A DNA stretch of 32,000 bases from Candidatus Nanogingivalaceae bacterium (lineage in GTDB: Bacteria > Patescibacteriota > Saccharimonadia > Saccharimonadales > Saccharimonadaceae): NCBI GenBank assembly GCA_015257795.3, contig CP072208.2, forward strand, positions 240,001 to 272,000, given 5' to 3'. This document shows, piece by piece, positions 16,432 through 25,027 of the stretch; position 1 is the stretch's first letter, and every line of letters begins with the position of its first letter. Under the pieces are notes generated by a model. It searched no databases. It was not told the origin of the DNA and saw only the letters and a program-made list of their open reading frames with translations. The translations under genes and the position numbers were made by a program.

Positions 16432-17994
16432 CTAATTTGTTAAAATTTCTTTTGGTTTAAGTTTAACAATACTAATACTTGCCAAAATTGTTGAAATAAA
16501 CGTGATGAGAATTGCAATTCCGCCAAGTTTTGCGATGTCGGCTGTGCTTTGTTTGATGTCGAGTTTGTCAATTTCAGCCGAACCGCCCATAGTTCCCATC
16601 ATTTCGCCCATTGGACCACCCATTCCTTGTGGTTTGTGTCGTTTCGAATTTCTGCTAGATTTGCTTGTTGAGCTGCTTGAATTGTTCGAATTTTCACCGT
16701 CGCTTGATTTGCTTTCACTTGAGTCTGAAGAATTCATCTCACCAGGTCCACCAGCACCACCAGGTCCGCCTTGTTTCATTTGTGAAGAGCTTGAAGAATT
16801 CTGTTGAGCCAACAATTGACTACCAATTGCGTTTCCGACAAAGTTTCCAGCAACGCTTGCAATAATAATCGAAATTCCACTTACGGCGAGAAGTTCAATG
16901 AAGAATTGACCGATAATTTTCAATCGTGACTCACCAAGGCTCATCAAAACACCAATTTCATAACGCCTTTCGCGAATGCTTAAAATTACGATTAGGGTTA
17001 AAATTACTGCACCGGCAATTGTCACGAGAATTACGATATTTTGCGCAAATGTTGAAACGTTATTTAGTGGTTGAAGCATTTGTTTGTAAATTTCGTCACT
17101 AGTTACAATTTGATATTTTGAGGTGTCGATTCCGCCCTTAGCTTCGCTTGCGAAGTTTGAGAGATTTTCGGGGTTTGAAATATTAAATACTGCTGAATCA
17201 ACTGTGTCGCTCGTTCCTTTCATTGTGTTTGCAGTTGTGAGGTTTACAAAGATTTTGTTCGAAGGGTTCATTGCGGTATTTCGAACTTGCGCCGAATCAA
17301 TGCTTGCGCTCGATTTGTAAATTCCTACAACTTTTAGCTTGAAGGTTTTCGTTTCGCTATTCACTGTTGTGGTGATTTCGAAAGTCGAACCAACTTTAAG
17401 ATTATTTGCGCTCGCAAGGCTTTCTTCGATTACGGCTTCGTTATCGCTAGTTGAACTTGTAATTCCTGCACCCGAGGTTATCGTGTTTGTGCCTTTGGTG
17501 AATTCGCTATAGGTTGAAGTTGCATTTACGCCAGCAACTGTGAAATCTCCTTGAATTTCTGGGCCGCGACCACCAAATTGTTTTGAATCGTTCGAATTTG
17601 AACTGCTTGAGCTTTCGCTTGAAGAAATTGCTTTAATTCCGCTTCCCGCACTTGCTGTTGTGGCTGAAATGAACGAATAACTTTTTACGCCGTTCATTTT
17701 AGCAATTTTTTGTGCTACCGAAAGTGAAATTGGTGTCATTTCCATTTTTGGTGGTTCGTTCGAATTTGAACTGCTACTCGATTGATTTTTCTTCATCATC
17801 GATTCGCGATTGACTTGAAGCGTGACGCTCGCGCCTGCTTCGTTTTTGGCGTTCTGAATTGCTGCATCTGCCGCCGATTTAATGGTGAGTCCACTCATCA
17901 CAAAAACCAAAATCGCCGAGTTTATCAGAATTAGCAAGCCAGTTTTACCTTTTTTGGCTTTCAGATGAAGCCATGCTCGTTTGATAAAATTCAT
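16432..17994 (-). CDS. FtsX-family ABC permease with Ser/Gly/Asn-rich low-complexity inserts
   Basis: The N-terminus MNFIKRAWLHLKAKKGKTGLLILINSAILVF is MacB/FtsX-like. The FtsX core includes RERRYEIGVLMSLG. An insert of about 95 aa lies between the last two TM helices (QQNSSSSSQMKQGGPGGAGGPGEM...GMGGPMGEMMGTMGG). SD AAGAAAGGA lies upstream. Confidence 0.8.
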   Translation of the reverse strand: MNFIKRAWLHLKAKKGKTGLLILINSAILVFVMSGLTIKSAADAAIQNAKNEAGASVTLQVNRESMMKKNQSSSSSNSNEPPKMEMTPISLSVAQKIAKMNGVKSYSFISATTASAGSGIKAISSSESSSSSNSNDSKQFGGRGPEIQGDFTVAGVNATSTYSEFTKGTNTITSGAGITSSTSDNEAVIEESLASANNLKVGSTFEITTTVNSETKTFKLKVVGIYKSSASIDSAQVRNTAMNPSNKIFVNLTTANTMKGTSDTVDSAVFNISNPENLSNFASEAKGGIDTSKYQIVTSDEIYKQMLQPLNNVSTFAQNIVILVTIAGAVILTLIVILSIRERRYEIGVLMSLGESRLKIIGQFFIELLAVSGISIIIASVAGNFVGNAIGSQLLAQQNSSSSSQMKQGGPGGAGGPGEMNSSDSSESKSSDGENSNNSSSSTSKSSRNSKRHKPQGMGGPMGEMMGTMGGSAEIDKLDIKQSTADIAKLGGIAILITFISTILASISIVKLKPKEILTN

Positions 17995-18099
17995 AAATTC
18001 CTTTCTTTTTTAACTTTCACAATTTATTATAACGAAACGGTCTTAATTTTGGCTTGGAATTAGCTTAAAGTTTGCTTAAAAGGGTTTTTCGAAATTAAG

Positions 18100-18127
18100 A
18101 AATAAAAAATCACCCTTTTCAGGGCGA
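18100..18127 (-). terminator. Terminator of the LPXTG protein gene
   Basis: Minus strand: UCGCCC-UGAAAA-GGGUGA followed by UUUUUAUUUCUU. Confidence 0.6.
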
Positions 18128-18164
18128 TAATTTGGTGATAGAAGAGTGTGCTTAAACTGAATGT

Positions 18165-19733
18165 TTACTCAGTTTCTTTTTTAGTGTTTTTGGCTTTTAA
18201 ACCAAGAAATACTGCAAAAGTAGTTAGTACTCCGCCAATGAAGGCTGCAAATTTAGAGCTAGATTCACCAGTATGTGGTAATGTTTTTACTGCTGGTTTT
18301 TGAGCCACAGTAGAATATTTAACTGGAACCTTGACAGTTTCTTGTTTTTGAACTTTCTTAGGTTCCGGAGTTTTAGGCTTTTCTGGAGTCTTTGGTTTCT
18401 CCGGAACTTTAGGTTTTTCCGGAGTTTTTGGTTTTTCCGGAACTTTAGGCGTCTCTGGTTTATTTTCACCAGAGGCATCACCTTTACCGCCGACTAATTG
18501 GACATAAGACTTAGAAATAGCCCCATCAGTTTCGGCTTTAAGTTCAATCTTATTTGTAGGATTTGTACTTTCAGCCACTGATTTTATCAATTTAGTGCGG
18601 TAATACATATAGATCATATGATCCAAGCGATCCATAGTGATTTCGAAACCGTGTTCAGATTTAGTCATTGATTTAACTAAATTCATCGCATCACCTTTGG
18701 TAACCCAAGGGTCAACGCTCTCCACGTTTTCCATTACAAAATAGTTATCGATCAGTTTTTGATTATCGCTCAGCGTATCAATTAATTTAACATAATTTAA
18801 TACGCGTTTTGCATAGTTTACGCGAACTGACCAATTAATGATCGTAGGATCATTCTTATCTTGAAATCCCCATTTAGAGAGTAACTCATCTTTTCCGATT
18901 TCTTGTTTTTCACCGATATTTACAGTCACTAGCGTACCGTTAAAGTTAGCTGTGACAGGTTTCCCTGCTTCAACTTTATCGGTCCAACTTGCATCAAGCT
19001 CAAGGCTCATTTGCTTATTAAGTGGATGAGTCTTGAAATAATCATTAAACACAGTAACGATCTTGCCAACGCTTGCGTCAGCGGTTGCCTTGCCGACGAC
19101 TAATTTTTCAGGGTTGAAAACATCAAATGTATAACTTGTCTGAAGTTTTACTTCTTGTGGTAAAGTGAAAATAACTTTATCACCTTCGTTAATTGTCATA
19201 TTATCGGCAAATTTGATATTTTTATATTCTACCTTAAAAGGCGAATACAACCCATTTCCATTTGGCTGTTCAATTTTCACTTCTGGGTTTTTTACTGTAA
19301 TTTCAGTACCAGATTTCGTGATCTCAGTCGATTTGTTTTCGACTTTTGGAGTTTCAGCCGCAGGAGTCGCAGTTTCTGTTGCGGGAGCTGCTGTAGTAGT
19401 CGTTGCTTCGGGCGCAGTTACTGCAGGAGTTGCAGGTGCTGGCGCTGGAGTGTTAACTACTGGAGTTGCCTCTGCTGCTGGAGTGCTAGCTTCGGGCGTT
19501 GCCGTAGTTGTATTTTCTGCTGTTGTTGAGGTTTCTGATGCTGTTTCAGCCGCAGTAGTTGCCGCATCTGTTGCGGGAGTTTCTGTAGTAGCTGTTGCTT
19601 CAGTTGCAGTTACTGTAGTTGCTGCAGGTGTTGACGCTGAATCTGGAGTTTTTTGATCTGCAGATACCACTCCGCCAAGTGCGATTGATGCCAATACTGC
19701 TGTTGTTAATAAAGTGTATTTTTTAAATTTCAT
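18165..19733 (-). CDS. LPXTG-anchored cell-wall surface protein with a Cna/MSCRAMM-type (collagen-binding-like) adhesin domain
   Basis: Signal peptide MKFKKYTLLTTAVLASIALGGVVSA. A T/A/E/P-rich region of about 110 aa follows. The beta-rich domain (GKATADASVGKIVTVFNDYF...MSLELDASWT) follows the Cna_A-like pattern. Then come PEKPK repeats, LPHTG (nt 18267-18281), a hydrophobic helix and a KAKNTKK tail. Confidence 0.85.
   Translation of the reverse strand: MKFKKYTLLTTAVLASIALGGVVSADQKTPDSASTPAATTVTATEATATTETPATDAATTAAETASETSTTAENTTTATPEASTPAAEATPVVNTPAPAPATPAVTAPEATTTTAAPATETATPAAETPKVENKSTEITKSGTEITVKNPEVKIEQPNGNGLYSPFKVEYKNIKFADNMTINEGDKVIFTLPQEVKLQTSYTFDVFNPEKLVVGKATADASVGKIVTVFNDYFKTHPLNKQMSLELDASWTDKVEAGKPVTANFNGTLVTVNIGEKQEIGKDELLSKWGFQDKNDPTIINWSVRVNYAKRVLNYVKLIDTLSDNQKLIDNYFVMENVESVDPWVTKGDAMNLVKSMTKSEHGFEITMDRLDHMIYMYYRTKLIKSVAESTNPTNKIELKAETDGAISKSYVQLVGGKGDASGENKPETPKVPEKPKTPEKPKVPEKPKTPEKPKTPEPKKVQKQETVKVPVKYSTVAQKPAVKTLPHTGESSSKFAAFIGGVLTTFAVFLGLKAKNTKKETE
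18354..18461 (-). repeat. In-frame tandem 15-nt repeats encoding (PEKPK[T/V])n, a proline-rich wall-spanning spacer
   Basis: KPETPKVPEKPKTPEKPKVPEKPKTPEKPKTPEPKK. The DNA shows ggtttttccggaacttt / ggtttctccggaacttt-type periodicity. Confidence 0.8.
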
Positions 19734-19880
19734 AATAAAACCTCTACAAAAAAATAAAAATAGAACACTAAAAAAGAAATAGATTTTTAATGTTCTATAG
19801 AGTTACCTATCACCGTCATGAATAATAACATATTTTTCAATGTAAGTCAAGGGTAGTTGGGGTTTTATGGTTGATCATAA

Positions 19881-19907
19881 AAAGACTAGCTTTAGTAACT
19901 AGTCTTT
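19881..19907 (-). terminator. Terminator hairpin overlapping the last codons of the 172-aa gene
   Basis: AAAGACTAG / 9-nt loop / CTAGTCTTT (perfect 9 bp). The minus strand continues ttatgatc. Confidence 0.55.
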
Positions 19908-20417
19908 AGAATTTATTTCAGTCGTTAATCTGGGCTTAAGTTCCTTAAGAATCCTGTTCCAGTCTTCTAGATTAGCGTTTCCCCACTCCATATCCGCACC
20001 GATCTCGCCGATCTCCTCTATAATAGGATCTTTTTCGTAAATAGTTTCACTATAGGCTATTAGAAAATTACAAAGTAAATCTCCGCCTACATCCTCCAAG
20101 TCAAAATCCTCATCACTCTCGAACCTATCTTTAATTCTGTCAATTTTTATAGCAGCTTGGCGATAAATTTCAGCTTTAAATTCTAGGCTCGAATAAAGCT
20201 CAATTTGCTTTTCTAAAAGATTTTTAAGATGTTCGAAATCACTTTGTGTTATTTTTTCTTTTTTCGAAACTGTTCGTATTTCTTTAAAAATATCATTCGC
20301 GTAAGTATAAGAATGAAGCCCATATTTTGCAACTTTCAAAAAATTAGCACCGCTAGTGTTATTCCAATCTTTAATAAGCTTTTCTAGAGTGTTTTCAAAA
20401 ATCTTTTTCTCTGGCAT
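19899..20417 (-). CDS. Hypothetical acidic cytoplasmic protein (172 aa), no recognisable family
   Basis: A long ORF with its own promoter and terminator. It has no TM helix or signal peptide, and I recognise no motifs. Confidence 0.55.
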   Translation of the reverse strand: MPEKKIFENTLEKLIKDWNNTSGANFLKVAKYGLHSYTYANDIFKEIRTVSKKEKITQSDFEHLKNLLEKQIELYSSLEFKAEIYRQAAIKIDRIKDRFESDEDFDLEDVGGDLLCNFLIAYSETIYEKDPIIEEIGEIGADMEWGNANLEDWNRILKELKPRLTTEINSKD

Positions 20418-20424
20418 AATAAAA

Positions 20425-20452
20425 TCCGTATGTTGATATTATAACATACGGA
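20425..20452 (-). promoter_or_regulatory. Perfect 10-bp inverted repeat whose loop carries the extended -10 (TGtTATAAT) of the 172-aa gene; putative operator
   Basis: TCCGTATGTT-gatattat-AACATACGGA. On the minus strand the centre reads tgttataat. It ends 7 nt upstream of ATG 20417. Confidence 0.45.
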
Positions 20453-20545
20453 CTAGTGAAAAACTAAACTCCACGCTTATTGTATAATTTATTTATTCTA
20501 ATACTTGATAAGCTCGGTCGCGAGTAGATTTAAGGTTTTCGAAAA

Positions 20546-20574
20546 TTGATTTCTCTGGTGAAATCTGGTATAAT
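20546..20574 (+). promoter_or_regulatory. Canonical promoter: -35 TTGATT, 17-nt spacer, extended -10 TGgTATAAT, 7 nt before ATG 20582 (leaderless)
   Basis: Read directly. The track's TTG start at 20546 is the -35 hexamer itself. Confidence 0.6.
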
Positions 20575-20581
20575 CAAGCTT

Positions 20582-21892
20582 ATGAAAATTGCAATTGCTT
20601 CTGACTTATTTTGGCCAATGATTAACGGAATTTCAGTTTTTTCGAAAAACTTGGCTGAACAAATGACGGCGCGCGGGCACGAAGTTGTGGTTTTTGCGCC
20701 AAGTCAAACTGGTGAATATTATATCGAAGAAATCGACGGCTACCGCGTGGTTCGTTTGAGCTCGACAAACTTCCCTTTTTATCCAAATCAAACTGAAACT
20801 TTACCGGAGCCGCGTAAAATTGCTGGCGGTCGAATTACTGTTCCGCGAATTTATCTTCACAATGGTTATCGACTTTCACTTTTGCCGATTCTTGAAATCC
20901 GTAAATTCTGCAAAGAAAATAACTTTACTCCAGATGTAGCGCATATTCAGTTGCAACTTTTTGTTGGTCAAGCAATGATTGATTACGCGCGAAGGCATAA
21001 TATTCCAGTGGTGATCACTAACCATTCTAGCCCCGAAAACCTTTTCGATAATTTAAAAATGCTTGCTCCACTTTCACCAATTATCAATCGCACGGTTTTG
21101 CTTTACACTAAACGGTTTGCGCTTCAGGCAGATTACGCCACAATGCCAACTCGCCAAGCAATTGAGCGCCATTTTAAAAATCCCGAAAAAGCCAAAATGC
21201 CAATCGAAGCCGTTTCGAACGGGATTGACTTGAGTCGATTTACCCCCACAAAACCACCAAAAGAATTTTTTAAACGGTTTAACTTGCCACACAATTTGCC
21301 AATTGTTATGAATATCGGTCGAGTTGATGCTGAAAAGCATATTTCAACTCTAGTTTTAGCATTTAATGAAGCTCTAAAAAATAATAAAAAAGCTCAGCTC
21401 GTGATTGTTGGCGACGGAACCGACCGTCAAAATCTCGAAAATTTGGTTTACAAGCTTGGTATTTCGAAAAACGTTCATTTTATGGGGACGCAACTTGGTG
21501 AAGATTTGGTGAATTTTCATCGTGCAGCAACTGTGTTTGTTTCTGCTAGTCCAACCGAAACTCAAGGAATCGTCTTTCTTGAGGCAGCTGCTTGTGGCAA
21601 GCCTGTGATTGGCGTCGATGTTGGTGCGGTTAAAGAAATCTGTCAAGATGGCGTGAACGGATTTTTGTGTGAAACCGACAACGTTTATCAAATTGCTGAA
21701 AGTATTTCAAAAATTCTTGATGACAAAAAACTTGCTAAAGAGTTTTCGAAAAATGGCCTTGAAATTATTAAAAAGCATGATTTGAATTTTACAATTTCGA
21801 AATTTGAAGAAATTTATAATTTTGTAATCGAGAAGAAAAAGCAAGAACCACAAAACTGGTTCGAAAAACTCAAGCAAAAAATAAAGAAATAA
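20582..21892 (+). CDS. Glycosyltransferase family 4 (GT-B fold)
   Basis: MKIAIASDLFWPMINGISVF is a GT4 N-terminus. The C-terminal region FVSASPTETQGIVFLEAAACGKPVIGVDVGAVKEICQDGVNGFL has the E-x7-E motif. Confidence 0.88.
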   Translation: MKIAIASDLFWPMINGISVFSKNLAEQMTARGHEVVVFAPSQTGEYYIEEIDGYRVVRLSSTNFPFYPNQTETLPEPRKIAGGRITVPRIYLHNGYRLSLLPILEIRKFCKENNFTPDVAHIQLQLFVGQAMIDYARRHNIPVVITNHSSPENLFDNLKMLAPLSPIINRTVLLYTKRFALQADYATMPTRQAIERHFKNPEKAKMPIEAVSNGIDLSRFTPTKPPKEFFKRFNLPHNLPIVMNIGRVDAEKHISTLVLAFNEALKNNKKAQLVIVGDGTDRQNLENLVYKLGISKNVHFMGTQLGEDLVNFHRAATVFVSASPTETQGIVFLEAAACGKPVIGVDVGAVKEICQDGVNGFLCETDNVYQIAESISKILDDKKLAKEFSKNGLEIIKKHDLNFTISKFEEIYNFVIEKKKQEPQNWFEKLKQKIKK

Positions 21893-21894
21893 TT

Positions 21895-23589
21895 ATGATT
21901 CTTAGCGTTAAAATTAACGAAAAATCTTTTGGCGATAAACAGCTTCTTCAAGATGTAAATTTTAGTATTAATGAAGGCGAAAAAGTTGGTTTAATTGGAC
22001 GAAACGGGATTGGTAAATCTACGCTTTTTGCGATTTTACTTGGTTTTGACCAAGATTTTTTGGGTGAAATTATTTTTCGAAAAGGTTCGGTTGTTGCTAG
22101 CACTCAGCAGGAATATTCAAATGTTGGCGAACAAACGGTTTTAAACTTCATCTTGAATGACTTGCCAGAATATGCTCACCTTTCGAAACTTTTGCGCGAG
22201 CTTCCTGAAAAAATGGGCGAAAACATGGCCTTAATTGAAAAATACTCCGATGCTTTAAACCGCTTTCAAGAAAAGAATTTTCACTTTATTGAAGATAAAA
22301 TCAAGGCTGAACTTCGTGATTTTGGTTTGGAGGGTTTTGAAAATCGCAAAATGAAAACGCTATCAGGCGGACAAAAACGTTTGGTTGATACGATTAAAAT
22401 AATTCATTCGAATGCTGATTTGGCTTTGGTTGATGAGCCGACAAACTTTATGGATTCGCATGCAAAAAACCGATTTTTAAACTGGATGAAAAACTCAAAA
22501 GAAGCGGTTTTGGTAATTACTCACGACCGCGATGTGCTTTCTGAAGTTGATAGAATTATTGAAATTCGCGACGGCAAAAGCTATATTTTTAAAGGAAATT
22601 ATGATGATTATTTACGCGCCAATATGTTTTCAACGACAAACCAAATTCGTGATTTCGAAAGTGTTCAACGGCGTATTTCGAACTTAAAAGATAAAGCAAA
22701 AGAATATCAGCGCATGAAAGAAAAAGCGCGCGATCCGGATACGATTCGGCGTTTTAAAAGGCTTGAAGAAAAAGCGCGCGAAGAACTTGAACAACTTGAA
22801 GAGATTAAAAAACCGAGTTTTTGGATTGATCAGCAAAATGTTGAAAATCTTGATTTTAAAGTTGCGAAATCGTATCAAAAACTTAAAGCTAAAAATGTTA
22901 AGATTGGAATCAATAACCAAGAAACTCGCTCGGTGCGAAGTTTAGTTAAGGCTGAGAATTTAGCACTTGGTTATGGTTCGCTCGACGACGCGCTTGAAGG
23001 AAAAAATGGTGCAAAAATTCTTTTTGAAAATGTTAATTTTGATTTAAAAGTTGGCGGAATTCTAGAGATTTTTGGTCGAAATGGTGCCGGAAAAACTAGT
23101 TTGATTAGAACGATTTTTGGTTCACAAAATGAAAAGGCTGAAATTTACGATGGTAAAATCATTCTCGACGACACGGTTAATGTTGGAATTTATCAGCAAG
23201 AAATTAGCGCAGATTTTTTTGATATGAAGTTAAAAGACGCGGTTGAAAAAGTTTTTCTCGACCAGAATCTTTCAATAACTGAAGAAAAAATTTATCGAAT
23301 TCTACATCAATATCTCTTCTCTTCTCAAGATTTCAATACGCCAATTCGTGAACTTTCAGGTGGCCAAAAAGCGCGTTTTCAGTTGATTAAAATGCTTTCG
23401 AATGATCCACAAATTCTAGTTTTAGACGAACCAACTTCACACCTTGATTTACCGAGTATTGAAGAACTAGAACGCGCGCTTAAAAAATATTCTGGCGCAA
23501 TTGTTTTTGTGAGTCATGATAACTATTTTCGAGAAGCAATGAAATCGACACAAAAAGATTTTACTGTGGTTAAGATTGGCGAAAATTAA
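21895..23589 (+). CDS. ABC-F family ATPase (two tandem NBDs, no TM domain)
   Basis: NBD1 has GRNGIGKST, LSGGQKRLV and LVDEPTNFMD. A charged helical linker follows (KDKAKEYQRMKEKARDPDTIRRFKRLEEKAREELEQLEE). NBD2 has GRNGAGKTS, LSGGQKARF and LVLDEPTSHLD. It starts 2 nt after the GT4 stop. Confidence 0.88.
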   Translation: MILSVKINEKSFGDKQLLQDVNFSINEGEKVGLIGRNGIGKSTLFAILLGFDQDFLGEIIFRKGSVVASTQQEYSNVGEQTVLNFILNDLPEYAHLSKLLRELPEKMGENMALIEKYSDALNRFQEKNFHFIEDKIKAELRDFGLEGFENRKMKTLSGGQKRLVDTIKIIHSNADLALVDEPTNFMDSHAKNRFLNWMKNSKEAVLVITHDRDVLSEVDRIIEIRDGKSYIFKGNYDDYLRANMFSTTNQIRDFESVQRRISNLKDKAKEYQRMKEKARDPDTIRRFKRLEEKAREELEQLEEIKKPSFWIDQQNVENLDFKVAKSYQKLKAKNVKIGINNQETRSVRSLVKAENLALGYGSLDDALEGKNGAKILFENVNFDLKVGGILEIFGRNGAGKTSLIRTIFGSQNEKAEIYDGKIILDDTVNVGIYQQEISADFFDMKLKDAVEKVFLDQNLSITEEKIYRILHQYLFSSQDFNTPIRELSGGQKARFQLIKMLSNDPQILVLDEPTSHLDLPSIEELERALKKYSGAIVFVSHDNYFREAMKSTQKDFTVVKIGEN

Positions 23590-23612
23590 CGCTATCATTT
23601 TAAGTTAGATAG

Positions 23613-23621
23613 TGATATAAT
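23613..23621 (+). promoter_or_regulatory. Extended -10 TGaTATAAT, 10 nt before ATG 23632
   Basis: The track's ATG at 23620 overlaps the -10 hexamer, so the next ATG (23632) is preferred. Confidence 0.45.
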
Positions 23622-23631
23622 GTTTGATAAT

Positions 23632-24717
23632 ATGAGCGAAAAAAATCAAAAGCGAAATCTTAATATCGACCTAATTAAAGTTTTGGCTGTATTTTTAGTT
23701 GTGCTTGTTCATTTTTTTAATAGAACGGGCTATTATGGTTTACCATCTGGGTCACTATTGATGTTTTTTGCAACCTTTATTTGGAGTGTTGCGATGGCTT
23801 GTGTTCCGTTATTCTTGATTGCAACTGGATATTTAATGAAAAATGCTAAATATAGCAAAAAATTTTTTACAAATTTATTGCGAGTGGTTGGATATTACGC
23901 TGCGGCAGTTATGGTTTTAACGATCACAGATAAACAGGCTCATGGTTTTGGGCTTATTCGTGTGTTTTTCGAAAATCTCTTCACTTTTAACCACTATAGC
24001 TGGTATGTGAATATGTATATTGGTTTATATTTAATGTCACCAATGTTAAATGCGGCTTTTGAGAGCTTAAAAACCAAGAAAAATCAGCTAATAGCAATAG
24101 GCGGATGCTTATTTTTAGTTACTGCCCCAATGACATTAGCGGTATTTGATAGTTTTTTAGGAATGCAAGTTCCTGATTATTTGCGAAAAGCTGCACCAAA
24201 TCACTGGGTAGTTATTTGGCCATTTTTATACTATTTTATTGGTATGTTTATCCGAAAGTACGGCGAAACTAAAAACCATAAAATTAAAAATAAATATAAA
24301 ATCGGTTTATTTTTTGCAATTATTTTTAATACTTTATTAGTTCGAATTATTTCCTCTAAAACCTTTTGCCCAGAATGGGGATTTTTAGGTATTGTTCTTG
24401 TTTCAACATTTTTGTTTTTAACTATTTTAAATTCAAAAATTACTATTAAAAATAAAGTCTTTAATATAGTTATTCAATTTATTTCGAAAAACACGCTTTC
24501 AATCTATTTGCTTTCCTGGATTGCTGATATAAGATTTTATAATATTATTAATACTAAATTTGGTGGTTTTAAAGGTTCTTTCTTGCGAATGCCAGTACTT
24601 GTCATATTGATTTTTATATTTGATATTTTGGTTGGCTTGGTGTTTGTTGCTATGATTAAGATTCTTGCAATAATCGCTAAAAAAATCCAAAAAACAGCAA
24701 AACAAAAAAGGCGATAG
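23632..24717 (+). CDS. Acyltransferase family 3 (OatA/WecH-like integral membrane O-acyltransferase)
   Basis: NIDLIKVLAVFLVVLVHFF (the conserved His near TM1) and about 10 TM helices throughout. Confidence 0.8.
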   Translation: MSEKNQKRNLNIDLIKVLAVFLVVLVHFFNRTGYYGLPSGSLLMFFATFIWSVAMACVPLFLIATGYLMKNAKYSKKFFTNLLRVVGYYAAAVMVLTITDKQAHGFGLIRVFFENLFTFNHYSWYVNMYIGLYLMSPMLNAAFESLKTKKNQLIAIGGCLFLVTAPMTLAVFDSFLGMQVPDYLRKAAPNHWVVIWPFLYYFIGMFIRKYGETKNHKIKNKYKIGLFFAIIFNTLLVRIISSKTFCPEWGFLGIVLVSTFLFLTILNSKITIKNKVFNIVIQFISKNTLSIYLLSWIADIRFYNIINTKFGGFKGSFLRMPVLVILIFIFDILVGLVFVAMIKILAIIAKKIQKTAKQKRR

Positions 24718-24729
24718 ATACGCCTTTTT
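24705..24729. terminator. Bidirectional terminator between convergent genes
   Basis: AAAAAGGCG / atagata / CGCCTTTTT, with A-runs and T-runs on both sides. Confidence 0.65.
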
Positions 24730-24980
24730 TAAAATCGTTTAATGTCTAGTAGTTTTGAAAGCTTCGCGCGATCGAATCCTAGCACAATTTCGCCGTCTAT
24801 ATCTGTTACAGGAACACCTCGGAATTCTCCATTCATTTTTGCGAGCAATTCTTCGCGTGCCGCAGAATCTTCTTCGATATCTTTAGCCTCAAAATTAATA
24901 CCATTATGTTCAAGCCAATCTTTTTCGGCAGAACAAAAGCCACACCAGCTTGTTGAGTAAACAATAACTTTTTTATCCAT
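24729..24980 (-). CDS. Glutaredoxin/NrdH-like small thioredoxin-fold protein
   Basis: VIVYSTSWCGFCSAEKDWL (CxxC active site) and ...RGVPVTDIDGEIVLGFD (cis-Pro and GG/GF motifs). Length 83 aa. Confidence 0.85.
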   Translation of the reverse strand: MDKKVIVYSTSWCGFCSAEKDWLEHNGINFEAKDIEEDSAAREELLAKMNGEFRGVPVTDIDGEIVLGFDRAKLSKLLDIKRF

Positions 24981-24986
24981 AATAAT

Positions 24987-24995
24987 AGTTTAGCA
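24987..24995 (-). promoter_or_regulatory. Extended -10 TGcTAAACT, 6 nt before ATG 24980 (leaderless)
   Basis: The minus-strand reading is tgctaaact-attatt-ATG. Confidence 0.45.
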
Positions 24996-25027
24996 TAAAA
25001 AGCTTAAAAAATCATTAAATTTAAAAA

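Noticed and set aside
16502-16865. + strand ORFs opposite the permease low-complexity insert
   Set aside because: These are shadow ORFs created by a Ser/Gly-rich coding repeat on the minus strand.
18354-18461. Short tandem repeats here and at 29812-29912, considered as a possible CRISPR array
   Set aside because: They are in-frame coding repeats (PEKPK and AEEIVEAVE) with no spacer-repeat architecture and no cas genes.
19165-19656. A 163-aa Ala/Val/Gly-rich ORF on the + strand
   Set aside because: It is the antisense shadow of the T/A/E-rich stalk of the LPXTG gene. It has no start context, and its low-complexity composition mirrors the sense strand.
20546-20581. TTG start at 20546 for the glycosyltransferase, and similarly GTG 15631 for topA and ATG 23620 for the acyltransferase
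   Set aside because: Each overlaps or precedes the promoter hexamers that drive the gene. The downstream ATGs give canonical family N-termini.
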